Of a stretch of DNA of 64,000 bases, positions 47,641 to 60,909 are shown piece after piece. The notes under the pieces are model-generated. The model had not been told where the DNA came from. It saw only the letters and a program-made list of their open reading frames with translations, and made no database searches. Within the stretch, counting starts at the first letter, position 1. Each line of letters starts with the position of its first letter. This DNA is from the human T2T-CHM13v2.0 reference genome, Homo sapiens. The position numbers and the translations under genes were made by a program. The stretch lies in contig CP068257.2 of NCBI GenBank assembly GCA_009914755.4, positions 14,240,001 to 14,304,000 of the forward strand, read 5' to 3'.

Positions 47641-49191
47641 CTAAGAGGGGGTGAGACCACAGTTTTTTCTGGCCTATTTGTTTGGATGTGAGCTGTTATT
47701 TTTTAGTTTCCTTTTTTCTTATCCTTTTGGTGGAGAAAAACAGGCTTTTGTAGAGCTCTACTGTTTGTGACCATTAGCATTTCCTGATTGCTGGCATCTT
47801 CAGTTTCCAATCTGGAAAATATGAGGCGGATCTATATAATATATGAGACTCAGGTGTCTCACCATAGCACCATTCTTTGGGTCCATAGTCCTTAGCTAGT
47901 CTGTCCTCTCTCTGCCTTTGAGAGCCTTCTTATTTTGATTTATATATGGTGTTGAAGATATTTAGCTTTACTTAGTGGGAGAAATAAGGAAAAGTGCCTC
48001 TCCATGTTTCTAAACTGAGAAAGAGTTTTCAGTGATCCATAGTAGAAATAATAAAAGAAAATAAAGCTTTAGCTATATGGGAATAGGATGGAAGAAAGGT
48101 ACCAAAAAAGGCAAAGACAAAACAAAAAAGGGGGAGGGGGATGGCCATTGATTTGACTGAATCTGGTTAAACTGCACTTTGGCAATGATAACAGCATGTT
48201 CCCACAACAGTATTTTCCAACCTCGGCCACACTGTCCTCAAATATGCAGACTTACCCCATGCTATCCCCCAGGATTGTGGCAGGCCAGGTTTCACTAACG
48301 CAGGCCTCCGTGACAACTGTTTCAGCACTGACTGAGTGGTTAAGTTAAATATTAAAAGCTAAAAAAGCCAGTGCCCTTATACAAAGGCTGGAATGTAACA
48401 AAAGCCCATTAAGAGTTTTTCCCAGACCTTTCCTGGGCCTTAAAGCGTGACAAAATAATGAAGGAATTCCTAACAGTACCCATTTAGGTTTAAACACGTT
48501 TTACTGGGGGTCTGAAGAAACTCCCCAAACCTCCGTGATTTAGCAGGAGACAAGATAAAGGTAATCACCCCAGCACCTGGACCCATTTAGACTAAATTTA
48601 CTGAGGCTCTAGAAGCAGGTCTTCAGGCCTCAGACCTTAGTTATAGATGAAAAGAAGTTAATCACTTATGTCTTTAGATGAATGCACACTTACACGTAGA
48701 CATATAGCTTAGAAGGTATATAAGCTCTGAAAAGCTTTGTAATTTTGAGTTGGTCTGGCGATCATTTCCAGGCCTTCTCCCTGTAACTGGTTACAGAAAT
48801 AAAAACTCTTCCTCCCCATTTCATCTGCATCTTGTTATTGGGCCCTGAAAAACAGCAGCCCGACCCTCAGCTTGGTCTGGAAACAGGATGATAGGACATG
48901 AATGCCCAAATCTTTGGGGACAAACTGGCTGAACGATTGACTGTGGCTCACCGAATCTTTCTCCAGCATTTTTGCATAAGTCCTGGGTGGATCTGGCTTG
49001 CAGTGTGACTGCCTGCTTTTATGGTTGTGTGATAAACAAACTTCATTTGTTTATTTTCTTTTTTCTCTACCCATGCGCAAACTTGGCTTCTCTCATTATG
49101 GTTTCAGGCAAAAGCAATGTAAAGCTTGGTGTCACCAGAAATTTCATTCAAGACAGAATTTTGTGGTTTGACTAGACTTGTGAGCTCTGAG

Positions 49192-49501
49192 ATTTTTTTT
49201 TCTTTTTTTTTTTTGAGACGGAGTCTCACTCTGTCACCCAGGCTGGAGCACAGTGGTGTGATCTTGGCTCACTGCAACCTCCGCCTCCCAGGTTCAAGTG
49301 ATTCTCCTTTCTCAGCCTCCTGAGTAGCTGGGACTACAGGAGCGCGCCACCACGCCCGGCTACCTTTTTTTTCTTGTATTTTTAGTAGAGATGGGGTTTC
49401 ACCATGTTAGCCAGGACGGTCTTGATCTCCTGACCTCGTGATCCACCCACCTCAGCCTCCCAAAGTGCTGGGATTACAGGCGTGAGCCACCGCGCCCGGC
49501 C
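49192..49501 (-). mobile_element. Alu (AluS/Y-like), full length, minus strand, with a 15-bp TSD 'gagctctgagatttt'
   Basis: A poly-T run is followed by 'gagacggagtctcactctgtcacccaggctggagcacagtggtgtgatcttggctcactgcaacctccgcc...gggattacaggcgtgagccaccgcgcccggcc'. The TSD lies at ~49178-49192 and at 49502-49516. Confidence 0.92.
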
Positions 49502-49520
49502 GAGCTCTGAGATTTTGTTA

Positions 49521-49899
<379 letters not shown>

Positions 49900-52800
49900 T
49901 CAAGAAATCTAAAAATCCCCTATCCTTCAACTTTCCGATGTTCTGGCATCAAAGTCACAATTCCCATATTTGTTACATTAGAATCATACCTGATATTCAT
50001 TTCATGCTCTCTCAATTTACCCAGCTGGGGTGAGACTTTGGGAAATAAGATTGATGTTTAAAAACAAGATAAAATCATGACAGAGAAACCAGTAAATACT
50101 TATTTTACAAAACTTAACACCCAACATACTACCTTGGATCAGTGTTGGAATTTACTCCGCATATTCAATCAGGAAACTATAGTTTATTCAACCATGTGCC
50201 AAGTCTATAGTTTCAATATGTGCTTTTTTGCTCCACTTTAAAAAGTGAGGCAGGCCCTGAAAGAGTTCGAGGCAATTTCATTCACTATCTGTGTCCTATA
50301 TCACAAAACCTTGTGAATACTCTCTGCAAAGGGTGCTGAGATAAGGGAAAGTATCTTAAGTCAAGATCTGGACTGGAAAGGCTCATGATATTAATTTATT
50401 TCTAGTAGCAATGCAAGGAGAACTACACTTATCTTTTCACATATGAGTTGGGGCACATCGGGAACTTCATGAGAACATTTGTGAACAACTTCAGAAGCTT
50501 GCAATGGTCTCTGTCTAGTTTTACCATCTCAGTAGGGGTCATGCTTGAAGGACGAGGGTTACCTCCATTGAGTATTTGCATTTTGGAAGAAAATAGAGAT
50601 AATTGGTATCTCATTACATTTTAACACCTGTATCAGTGATTCGCACATAGTAGGTATTCAGTAGCATTTGTGCATTGACTAAATGCCTCATTATAAAAAA
50701 TAATGGTCATTTTCAAGCATCACAGTCCCTAAAATACTAGATAGGACTCAAGCTGCTTACTGAGACCCTAAGAGATAACACAGCTCTTGGATATTTGGTC
50801 CAGTTGACAAACAACTGTAAAAGTCATGGGGTAATATTATGAAATATTAGAAGATGAGAGAGATTCCCTCATCGTTGCTTTTCTTTGTACTCTTTGCTTT
50901 TCACCCAATTAATCAACTACAATATTACTTATATCCTTACTTATTTCCCAAATATTAAATTACTGGCATTTTAGTCTCTTCCACATGTTTTTTTTAAAGA
51001 GTATTTTATGAGTAACACAAAACTGTCTGCCTGTCTATCAAAGTAATAAAGTTTCCTGGAGCTGAAGAAAAGAGATGAGTAAGATGGTGAAGCAACAAGT
51101 GAATAAATAGTGGGAGTCCCTTAGAGAAGGGAAACTTCACCTCTCCCGCATGAGGGATCATTCAGACACTCCAGATAGGTTTAGAGGATTGTAACAGAAG
51201 GAGTGCCTCATTTCCTTTCCTGTGTACAGCCCATGCAGGCATCAGTCTTACAGAATAGAAACCATTGTTTAACATACTTAATCAGATGGGTCTGTATATT
51301 ACTTATACTATACACTAGCCCATAATAACAGACCCAATCTAGTAATGGCTAGACAAAAAAGAGAAGTTTATTTCTTGATCAGCATCAGTCCTATTGGGTG
51401 TTCCAGAAGATGGCTTTCTAAATCATTCAGGAAGCAAGGTCCTTTCCAGCTTGTACAGCTTGTGTCTCTGCAACCTCGAGGGCTTTTCTTGTCTGTGTCA
51501 TGACAACAGAAGGGGAAATAACACAGAGTAGTGTGGGTCGGGGTGTGGGGCCAGGCCTGGAAGTGGTACCAGTTATTTCTGCTCATATCTCATTGGCTAA
51601 AACTCAGTTACCTGTCCACACCTCCCAACAAGGAAATATGGTATCTTTGTCCAGGAAAAAGACAAAATGGATTTAGATGGACAACTATCTCTGCTAAACG
51701 ATTTGGGCAACGATCTCTGCCAAACTTAAGATAACACGCTTTCCTCACATCCCAGCATGATACCTGAGAAGTACGAATATGCCCTGAAACTAAGAGGAGT
51801 AAGGAAACAGCGAGAGATTATAGATAGCCTCATCTTGTAAGTCTCTGGCTGTGTGATGAGGAACGGGAGGATGATCTCATGGGAGTCAGCACTGAGAGAG
51901 TGTACCTGAAGAAACCCTGTGAATGGGGGACCAATGACTTAGCAGTGACCTGTTTGGACAGAAATCTACAGACCAAAATGAATGGTGGATTTCTCAGCAG
52001 ATCTCAGGAGATGCAAGTACAGATTATGACATGAGGGCCAGATGCCCTGCTCCTCTCACCCACCCCAGCATTTGAAACCCAATGGTAAGGCCATTCAATG
52101 GATATCAAATTGTTGTGATCTAACTGCTTGGAAGCTGGTAATAGAAAACAAACTAAGTATAGAAAAATAAAATTGTATTATGTGCACATCTGAATTTTTA
52201 TACTGAGTTTTGCATCCACCACACGTATCTACTTATTATTTAAATCATATTGCAAAAGCAATTAAGGATCTCTTATGATTTACTGCTTTGAATACACTAG
52301 TCTTCTAAATGTCTTTATTAGTTTTTAAGAAATTTAGCTGCCATAAACATCCTTGAAATTGCATAAAGTAGTTATAGACCTTGATGTACAGATGTTCCTT
52401 ATTTCATAATGGATAAGGATAAAAGGCTCCCCACTTCCACTCAAGACTGATTCTTAGGCATATTATGTAATAACTTTGTGATTTGGGGTGAGTTACAATA
52501 TTTTTCTGTGCTCCAGTTTCCTTATCTGTACAATAGCAATATTGAACTACTTAATTCTTAGGATTAATGTGAGAATTAAATATGGGAATATATTAATGTG
52601 TGTTCTATTTGTAGCCTCAAATTACCACCTCTTACTCCTACTTCAGCCTTTCTTCCACCTGAAATTATTATATTTATTAATTCTCCATGAGAATATACCA
52701 TCTTCTTTTCAAAATGAGACAAACACTCTCTTGGCTTGTAAGTTTTGACAAAAATATATACCTGTACAAACACCAATCTTATCAAGATATAGAACATCAT

Positions 52801-53442
52801 CCACAAAAGTTCCCTTCTGTTCCTTTGCAGTTAATTCCTCCCCACCCACCCCAATACCAGGTAGTCACTAACTTGCTTTCTGTCACTGTAGATTTGTTTT
52901 GCTAATTATATAATCTCATGTGAATGGAATCATACAGTTCAAATACAAACATTCAGGCCATAGCATCTGTCTTATTAATCAATTTTATAGGTTGTATAGG
53001 GCTAGCTCATTAGAGTTTCAATTTGCATCATTTTGATGATTAATCATGTTGAGTATTTTTTTATGGGTTTATTAGGCCATTTATATATATTTATTTGTGA
53101 AGTATCTTTTCAAATTTTTACCTTTTAAAATATTTTACTTTACTATTGAATTATAAGTGTTCTTTATATATTCTGGATGCATGTGATTTGCTGGATATAT
53201 GTATTGCAGATTTTTTTCTCCTAGCCTGTGGCTTTCATATTTATTTTTATAATTGTATCTTTCTAGGAGAAAATGCTTTCAAATCTGATGCAGTCTTTTT
53301 ACGTTTATGTCTGTGATCCATTTTAAGTTCATTTTCCTGCATGGTATGAGATGAACATTGAGAATAATTTGTCCAAAACTGATATCCAGTTGTTTCGGCC
53401 CTGTTTATTGAAAGAACTATCCTTTCCATGTTGAATTACCAT

Positions 53443-53988
53443 ATGCATTAGTCAGGGTTCTCTAGAGGGACAGAACTAATAGGATAGATGTACATATGAA
53501 GGGGAGTTTATTAAGGAGTACTGACTCACATAATCACAAGGTGAAGTCCCACAATAGGCCATCTGCAAGCTGAGGTGCAGGAAAGACAGTCCAAGTCCCA
53601 AAACCTCAAAAGTAGGGAAGCTGACAGTATAGCCTTCAGTCTGTGGCTGAAGGCCCAAGAGCCCTTGGCAAACCACTGGTGTAAGTCCAAGAGTCCAAAG
53701 GCTGAAGAACTTGCAGTCTGATGTTCAAAGGCAGGAAGCATCCAGCACAGGAGAAAGATGAAGTCCAGAAGACTCAGCAAGTCACATCCTTCCAAGTTCT
53801 TCTGCCTAGTTTATTCTAGCTGCGCTGGCAGCTGATTAGATGGTGCCCACCCAGATTGAGGGTGGGTCTGCCTCTCCCAATCCACTAACTCAAGTGTTAT
53901 TCTCCTTTGGCAACACCCTCACAGACACACCCAGGAAGAATTCTTTGCATCCTTCAATCCAATCAAGTTGACAATATTAACCATCACA
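53443..53988 (-). mobile_element. ERVL-MaLR LTR (MLT1-family-like), solo
   Basis: 'gcattagtcagggttctctagagggacagaactaataggat...ggcccaagagcccttggcaaaccactggtgtaagtccaagagtccaaaggctgaagaacttgcagtctgatgttcaaaggcaggaagcatccagcacaggagaaagatg...gattagatggtgcccacccagattgagggtgggtctgcctctcccaatccactaactcaagtgttattctcctttggcaacaccctcacagacacacccaggaa...caagttgacaatattaaccatcaca' is the reverse complement of the MLT1 consensus 'TGTGATGGTTAAT...TCCTATTGGTTCTGTTTCTCTGGAGAACCCTGACTAATACA'. Confidence 0.65.
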
Positions 53989-54494
53989 CCTTGGTATATT
54001 TCTTGAAAATCAATTGATTATATGATATATGAATCTATTTTTAGACTTTCTATTTATCTGTTCTTTCAGTTCAACATTCTAACTATGGTAGTGTATTATA
54101 AGTTCTGAAATCAGGTATAAAACTCTTTCAATTTTGTTTCATTTAAAAAAATTGGTTTGGCTATTCTATGCCTTTTACATTTTAATACTAACTTTTGAGT
54201 CTTTTCAATTTCTGCTTTCCACCTCAAGTTATTTTCTATTTGGGATTATGTTGGATCTGTGTATTAATTTGAGGAGAATTGATGTTTAACAAGATTTATT
54301 CTTCTTATACACAAACATGCTATATAGCTCCACTTATTATTTAGGAAATCTTTAATTTCTCACGTCATAGTTTTATAGTTTTCAATGTTTGAATTTTGCT
54401 CACGTTATTAAATTTTTCCTGAAGTGTTTTTGTGATAAGTACTTCATAATACATTATTACTATTTTTGCTTTAACCAGTCAATTATCTTTTAAA

Positions 54495-54939
54495 CAATTT
54501 TAATTGTGATAAAATACACATAAAAGTATTCTGTGTTAACCATTTTTAAGTGTACAAGTCAGTAATGTTACATATATCACATTGTTGTGCAAAGAATATC
54601 CAGAATGTTTTTATCTTGCAAAACTGAAACTCTATACCCTTAAACAACAACTCCTGATTTTCCTCTCCCTTTAGCCCATGGCAATGACCATTCTAATTTT
54701 AATTTCTATACATTTGACTATTTTAGATATCTCATATGAGTGGAATCATACAGTATTTACCATGGCTGGCTTACTTCACTTTGCATAACGTCCTTAAGGT
54801 TCATCCATGTTGTAGCATGTGACAGGACTTCTTTCCTTTGAAAGACTGAATAATATCCCATTGTGTGTGAATATATATATATGTATGTATATATATATAT
54901 GTGTATATATATATGTATGTGTATATATATATGTATGTG

Positions 54940-54993
<54 letters not shown>

Positions 54994-55290
54994 TGTATGT
55001 ATATATAGTATGTGTATATATATGTATGTGTGTATATATATGTATGTGTATATATATATGTATGTGTGTGTGTATATATATATATATATATAACATTTTA
55101 TTTGTTCATTCATTCATTGATTGACATTTGAGTTGCTTATACCTCTTGACCTTTGTGGATAATGCTTCAATAAATGTGGGTATGCAAATATCCCTTCAAG
55201 ATCCTTCTTTCAATTCCTATGGATAAATACCTAGAACTGGGATTACTGGATCATAGTTGATAATTATCTTTTAAAGACATTTTTAAAATA
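54495..55290 (-). mobile_element. old L1 (L1M/L1P-type) 3'-end fragment, minus strand, with a microsatellite expanded inside it
   Basis: 'ttttaattgtgataaaatacacataaaagtattctgtgttaaccatttttaagtgtacaagtcagtaatgttacatatatcacattgttgtgcaaagaatatccagaatgtttttatcttgcaaaactgaaactctatacccttaaacaacaactcctgattttcctctccc...gagtggaatcatacagtatttaccatggctggcttacttcactttgcataacgtccttaaggttcatccatgttgtagcatgtgacagga' corresponds to the antisense L1 3' terminal region, the classic 'ttttaattgtggtaaaatacacataacataaaatttaccat...aaactgaaactctgtacccattaaaca' block. Confidence 0.55.
54866..55091. repeat. compound (TATATG)n/(TA)n/(TG)n microsatellite, ~225 bp
   Basis: A 'tatatatatgtatgtatatatatatatgtgtatatatat...' run is directly visible. 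It sits where the L1 copy normally has 'ccattgtatgtatataccacatttt'. Confidence 0.95.
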
Positions 55291-58200
55291 GTAAAAGAAA
55301 ATAAATTGTAATTATCTACATCTTTAGCATTTTTGGCAGCTTTTATTCCTTTGTATAAATTCTAGTTTTCATCTGATATTATTTTCCCTCTGCCTGAAGT
55401 AGTTCCTCTAATAATTCTCATTGTGTGTATCTGCTGGCAATGAATTCCCTAAACTTTTATTGTCTGAAATATTTAATTTTGTATTTATTTTTGAAATATA
55501 CTTTTGTATAGAGAATTCTAGGTTGATGTGTCTTTATTTTCTTCTTAGAATGAGATATCAGTGGCTATTTTGTTTCCCTGGTTAGCTCTATAAAATGTGG
55601 AAGAGTCCTACACAAGAATGTAAGTACCAGAGAATGAGATCTTTAGAAGTCATATTGGAGGTTGGCTACAAACAACTATCTTTTGGTTCCCAAAGAGCCA
55701 CATCCTCACCATATGCAAAATACAGTTGTGCCCTGCTAAAGCCTCCCAAACGTTTCATCCATTGCAACATTAGCTCAAAGTCCAGAATGTAACTATATAA
55801 ATCAGATCTAAGTGTGGATGTGTCCCTTAAGATGTTACTCCTTAAGAACAGCTCCTCTTGTACAGTTCCTCTTTATCTGAACTAAAGAGAAGTTACGTGA
55901 GCCAAATGTACCAAACATACTGTGGCTGGAAAGGCACAGAATATTTGCTATTGATCCTCCTGTTCAAAAAAAGGTGAAATTGGAGGCATATAGGGATTAC
56001 TAGTTATAGAATTTCTAAAATCCAGCATGGCAGTAGTTGACTGCTACTTAAGACTCAAGGCCTGGGAATAATATGCCATAGCTCTTAGATCCACATTCTT
56101 GGCTCTTGGTTGGCCTTCGGAATCATCCTTCCTATGCAGTAAAAGGTTTCTCATATTTTCAGCAGAGTAGTTTTTTCTGCCTGCTTTCTGCTTGTAGAAG
56201 TCTGGGAGTCCAAAAGCCTCTATTCGCTTTGTACTGTTTCTGTGTCTTTCAGTCCACACAAGCAGTGTTTGTCAATAAACATCTTAAATATTTTGTTCAT
56301 TAGATAAAAGCCACATCCAAAAATCTCTTTGAATTAGGCCATTCTCTACCTTGAGCTTCTGGTGAGATTGCTGAAGGACAATGCCCTTAAGATTTTTAGA
56401 CTTCCTGTTATCTGACTGAATGGTTCTTCAAGTCATAATCCTTAGGCTTCCTAAGGTCTTAATAAAGAATTTTACAGTTATACTTTGGCCTTGTCTTTTG
56501 ACCATATTTTATTGAGGGTGTCCTAGCTTTGGTCTTTACCTGGAAGCCTTTTCTTCATTTTATCATCATTTGTCCTCTGGATATTCATATGCAGCAATTC
56601 CAGGATCTTTTTTGTTTAATATTGTTTTCTTTAAATTATCTTTCTCCTCTCACATTTTAATTTTAGCAGTAGGAATAAAGAAGGTAACACTTTCCAAAAG
56701 AATCCAGTGATACCTTCAAGACTATCAAATAAGATTGTCACTTAATATTACTATCCAAAAACAATCAGCTATAATTATTGCTTAATTAAGGGAGAACCAT
56801 AATGCTCAATAATAATTTTGATGAATAAAGTAAATTGTTGAGCTTAGATAGAGATTTTTGAAGGGTTTGTTTTGGGATATACTGATGACAGAGGCAGGAA
56901 AAAGTTATCTTTAACATTAGCAGCTTGTTTTGTGCTGATTACAAAGGACTGATCATTAAAGTGAGGTTTCAGTCAGTGGTTAAACAGGTTTAAAACAAGT
57001 TCTAGAATATTTGTTATTATAGATTTTATTTTCAAACTATGTAAGCTCTAAAGCCTTTCAAAGTCATATTGTCAGTATTCTAACTTCCTTATTGTTAACA
57101 ATTTGATTTAAATCCCTTTACTATCGTACTGTTTCTTTTTAAACGTTTATCCTTTCCTTCATGCACCCAGGCAAATTTCTTTAAATTCATAATATCATTA
57201 GACTATTTTTATTCACTTTTCCCAGTTCTTTTTTTTTCCTACCACTCTTTATGAAACAAACAAAATCCATAGTAGGTCTTTCATTTATTTGGTTTCGAGC
57301 AGCTCAATCCATGATCCTTCTTCTTCAGCTCTGAAATAAGTTTAGATAGGTCTATGGGTCACCAGACTATATTTTCAAAGATGAACATCATGCTACGACA
57401 ATTTGCTTGAGAATAAAAATGTGATTCTATTAATCACATACTTCTAAAGTTTTCAATATGGATATAATACAGGCCAGAAAAACAATACAAAGAGACAAAA
57501 ACAGGGGTCACCAAACTTTCTGTAAAAGGCCAGATCATAAATATTTTAGACTTATAGGCCAAGGGAAAAAATCTAGGATATTATAAAAGCACTTATATAA
57601 CACTAAATAAAAATATTTATGAATTATTTCATTGATGAAATTTAAAATATAATAATGATTTAGCAAACAATTTTGTAATGTAAGTTTACTAATGGGAGGA
57701 ATTGAGTTTTTTTGTTAGGGGAGCCACCACTTCACTTAACTGAGTTTTGATGTTAGTGTTTCTGCCTTGAAAATTGATTGCAAATGTTCATCTGTTAATG
57801 CAGATATGTAATGACATTTTATGTATTTCATCTTTGGAAAGATCTTTTCAGACAGATAGTTACTACCAAATACAGATGTCAATCCACAAACATTATTTTA
57901 ATTGAGCATATTCATCATTTGGAATGCATTCAAAAAATTCTATTAGATTCTTCTCTTAATATTTACCTTTTAGCATGTCATTATAATTACTTCCAATTGA
58001 AGATGATATGGAAATTCCTCAATTGTACAGCTGGAGTTGGAAGTATGGAAATTACCTTTGCACAGATATTTAAGGTCAGAAAAACACTCCTGGAAATGTA
58101 GATTCAGTTTGGAAGTTATACATGTTGCAAATTTTTGTGTGCATGGAGGTCTCACTTTTTTTTTTTTTTTTACTTTTGGTAAATGTAAAAAACAGCTGGA

Positions 58201-59957
58201 CATTATTCGTGATTCAAACAAAGTTAGTTGTTATTAAAATAATTGTACCACACTATAAGTGTTTCATAGAAACACTGTAATTTTAGATTGAATTCATTAA
58301 GACACACTATGAAGTCTGCAGCAAAAGCTACTCTCCAAAGCATCCAGTATTTGCTAATGGTGGTTAAGGGTGGTCCTCCTCATTTAGAAATATTTCAATC
58401 TCAATCCTCACCTCAAAAATTCACAATAAAACTTTACCACCATGAAATTATCAAACTGATGTGTGGTAGGGAAATCGGGATATTCGGTTCCTGTTTGTGA
58501 CAAAAGTTCACAGAACCGATGATGGCTATGAAAGCAAATGAAGTTCACAATTGAAACTACTAGTCAGTAACATAGGATTGACTTCAACATCTTCTGCAAA
58601 TTACTGGCTGTTGACTAACACAGTACACATCCAGAGTCTTTAAGTACTATACATTTTCACAAGCTTTGTAAAATTTTCTTTCTCCACATATATTTTTACC
58701 AATGTTAGTGGGTAAAATTTGCAGATTCTGCTTCAGTTTGTACCAAGTTAATGTTTTCTCAAATTATTTGAAAATATCATTGCCAGTATTTGTTCCACAT
58801 AGACTATTTGTATAGGCTGTTCTTTAGTCACCTCAAAGTCAGCATGACTCATCCAGTGAACAAGGACTGGACGGTGTTCATAGTCTTTGCCCATTCATCA
58901 AGAGCCAAAGAAAGTCACTCAAAGTCATTTACATTGTTTTTAAACTCAGAATTGATATTGCTCCCAGTGTTCTTCACTCTTTGAGCAAATGTTCTCACCT
59001 AAAGTCTAATAGTCTTAATGTAAAACCATTTAATGGAAATGCCATTCTTAGCTCCCAGGCTGTACAATAATAGGTGATCTCTAGGCAAAAATATTTACCA
59101 AAGAAATCTCTTTTGATTAAAATGCAGCCAATTACCAGGTTCACAGTCCTGGAAGAATATAGTTTAGATCAATGTGACTAATCTTTTTTAAAAATAGTTA
59201 CATCTCTTTAAAGAAAGAAATACATTCACAATCTCTGAGAATTGATTTATAATGTTGTTTTCATGATGCTATTTATGTACAGTAATCAAGGGAGGCATAC
59301 ATTCTTACAGTTCTTCTATAATTATGAAATCCAAAATTTGGCTGGAAATTAAATGGAAACAATATGACAAAGCCAATGATATTCATATAAAATTAACTTA
59401 AAAGTGACAGACGATTTCTTTTCCTGAAACTAAAATGTTGCTTGTTATGAGAGTATAATTCTAACTCCTACAGTATATTAAAAAAATATTTAACATGTCT
59501 TCATTTCCATGATAAACAGATTCTCCCAAGGCCCTTCTCTCTTTTCAGAAAACTTAATTCATATGGTATAACTTGATATAATTTGGCTTTTACTTTGTGT
59601 GAATGCATCAGTTAAGTATTATATGGGTATCTGTTTTCTCATGAGCTTACACAAGTAAGGTGGTATCATTAGAGCTTCCATATAAAGAAATACAGACCAG
59701 AAACCAGTATTGGTGCTTATGCAACTGATGATTTTTAGATCATGATCAGTATGATAATAAAACAGTTAACAATCTAAAAACAATATTCAGAGCACACAGA
59801 GTCTCTGATGAAAAACTCATGTAGATTGCATTAGTGTCAATTATACATAGAACAATATAGACCATCATTTCAAAAGGTAGTTATCCATATTTGATGGTCA
59901 GTTTTTCCTTGTATTGAGGTGACTCTGAAATAGACCAATTGCTTGGTAAATCAACTA

Positions 59958-60909
59958 TTTTATTTTATTATTTTATTTTCCATAAGTTATTGGGGTACGG
60001 GTATATTTGGCTACATGAGTAAGTTCTTCAGTGGAGATTCATGAGATCCTGGTGCACCCATCATCCAAGCAGTATACACTGCATCATATTTGTTGTCTTT
60101 TATCCCTTGCTCCCCTCCCACTCTTCCCCCCAAGTTCCCGAAGTCCATTATATCATTTTTATGCCTTTGTGTCCTCATAGCTTAGCTCCCACATATCATT
60201 GACAACATATGATCTTTGGTTTTCCATTCTTGAGTTACCTCACTTAGAATAATAGTCTCCAATCTCAACCAGGTCATTGCAAATGCTATTAATTCATTCC
60301 TTTTTATGGCTGAGTAGTATTCCACAGTTTCTTTACCCACTCCTTGATCAATAGGCACTTGGGTTGGTTCCACAATTTTGCATTTGTGAATTGTGTTGCT
60401 ATAAACATGAGTGTGCAAGTATATTTTTCAAATAATGGCTTCTTTTCCTCTGGGTAGATACCCAGTAGTGGGATTGCTGGATCAAATGGTAGTTCTATTT
60501 TTAGTTCTTTAAGAAATCTCCACACTGTTTTCTGTGGTGGCTATACTAGCTTACAATCCCACCAGCAGTGTAGAAGTGTTCCCTCATCACTGCACCCACG
60601 CCAACATCTCCTATTTTTCTATTTTTTGATTATGGCCATTTTTGCAGGAGTACGATAATTTTTTGACTATGACTTTTTTGCAGGAATACAGTGGTATCAC
60701 TTTGTGGTTTTGATTTGCATCTCCCTGATCATTAGTGAAGTTGAGCATTTTTTCAAATGTTTGTTGACCGTTAGTTTATCTTCTTTTGAGAATTGTCTAT
60801 TCATGTCCTTAGCCCACTTTTTGATGGGATTGTTTTATTCTTATTGATTTGTTTGAGTTTGTCGTAGATTCTGGATATTAGTCCTTTGTCAGATGTATAG
60901 ATTATGAAG
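59958..60909 (-). mobile_element. 5'-truncated L1P (L1PB/L1MA-like) 3'-end insertion, ~0.95 kb, minus strand, with a 12-bp TSD 'gtaaatcaacta'
   Basis: 'ggggtacgggtatatttggctacatgagtaagttcttcagtggagattcatgagatcctggtgcacccatcatccaagcagtatacactgcatcatatttgttgtcttttatccc...ccccccaagttcccgaagtccattatatcatttttatgcctttgtgtcctcatagcttagctcccacatatcattgacaacatatgatctttggttttccattcttgagttacctcacttagaataatagtctccaatctcaaccaggtc' is the reverse complement of the L1PB-type 3' end. A T-rich tail lies at 59958-59982. The TSD lies at 59946-59957 and at ~60911-60922. Confidence 0.82.

Noticed and set aside
54757-55124. Four overlapping ORFs of 76-118 aa rich in Y, I, C, M and H
   Set aside because: They are translations of the (TATATG)n microsatellite and are not genes.
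57480-57580. 'ggggtcaccaaactttctgtaaaaggccagatcataaatattttagacttataggccaagg', which resembles a common interspersed-repeat motif ('...ctttctgtaaagggccagatagtaaatattttaggctttg...')
   Set aside because: The similarity covers only ~80 bp and I cannot name the family with confidence.
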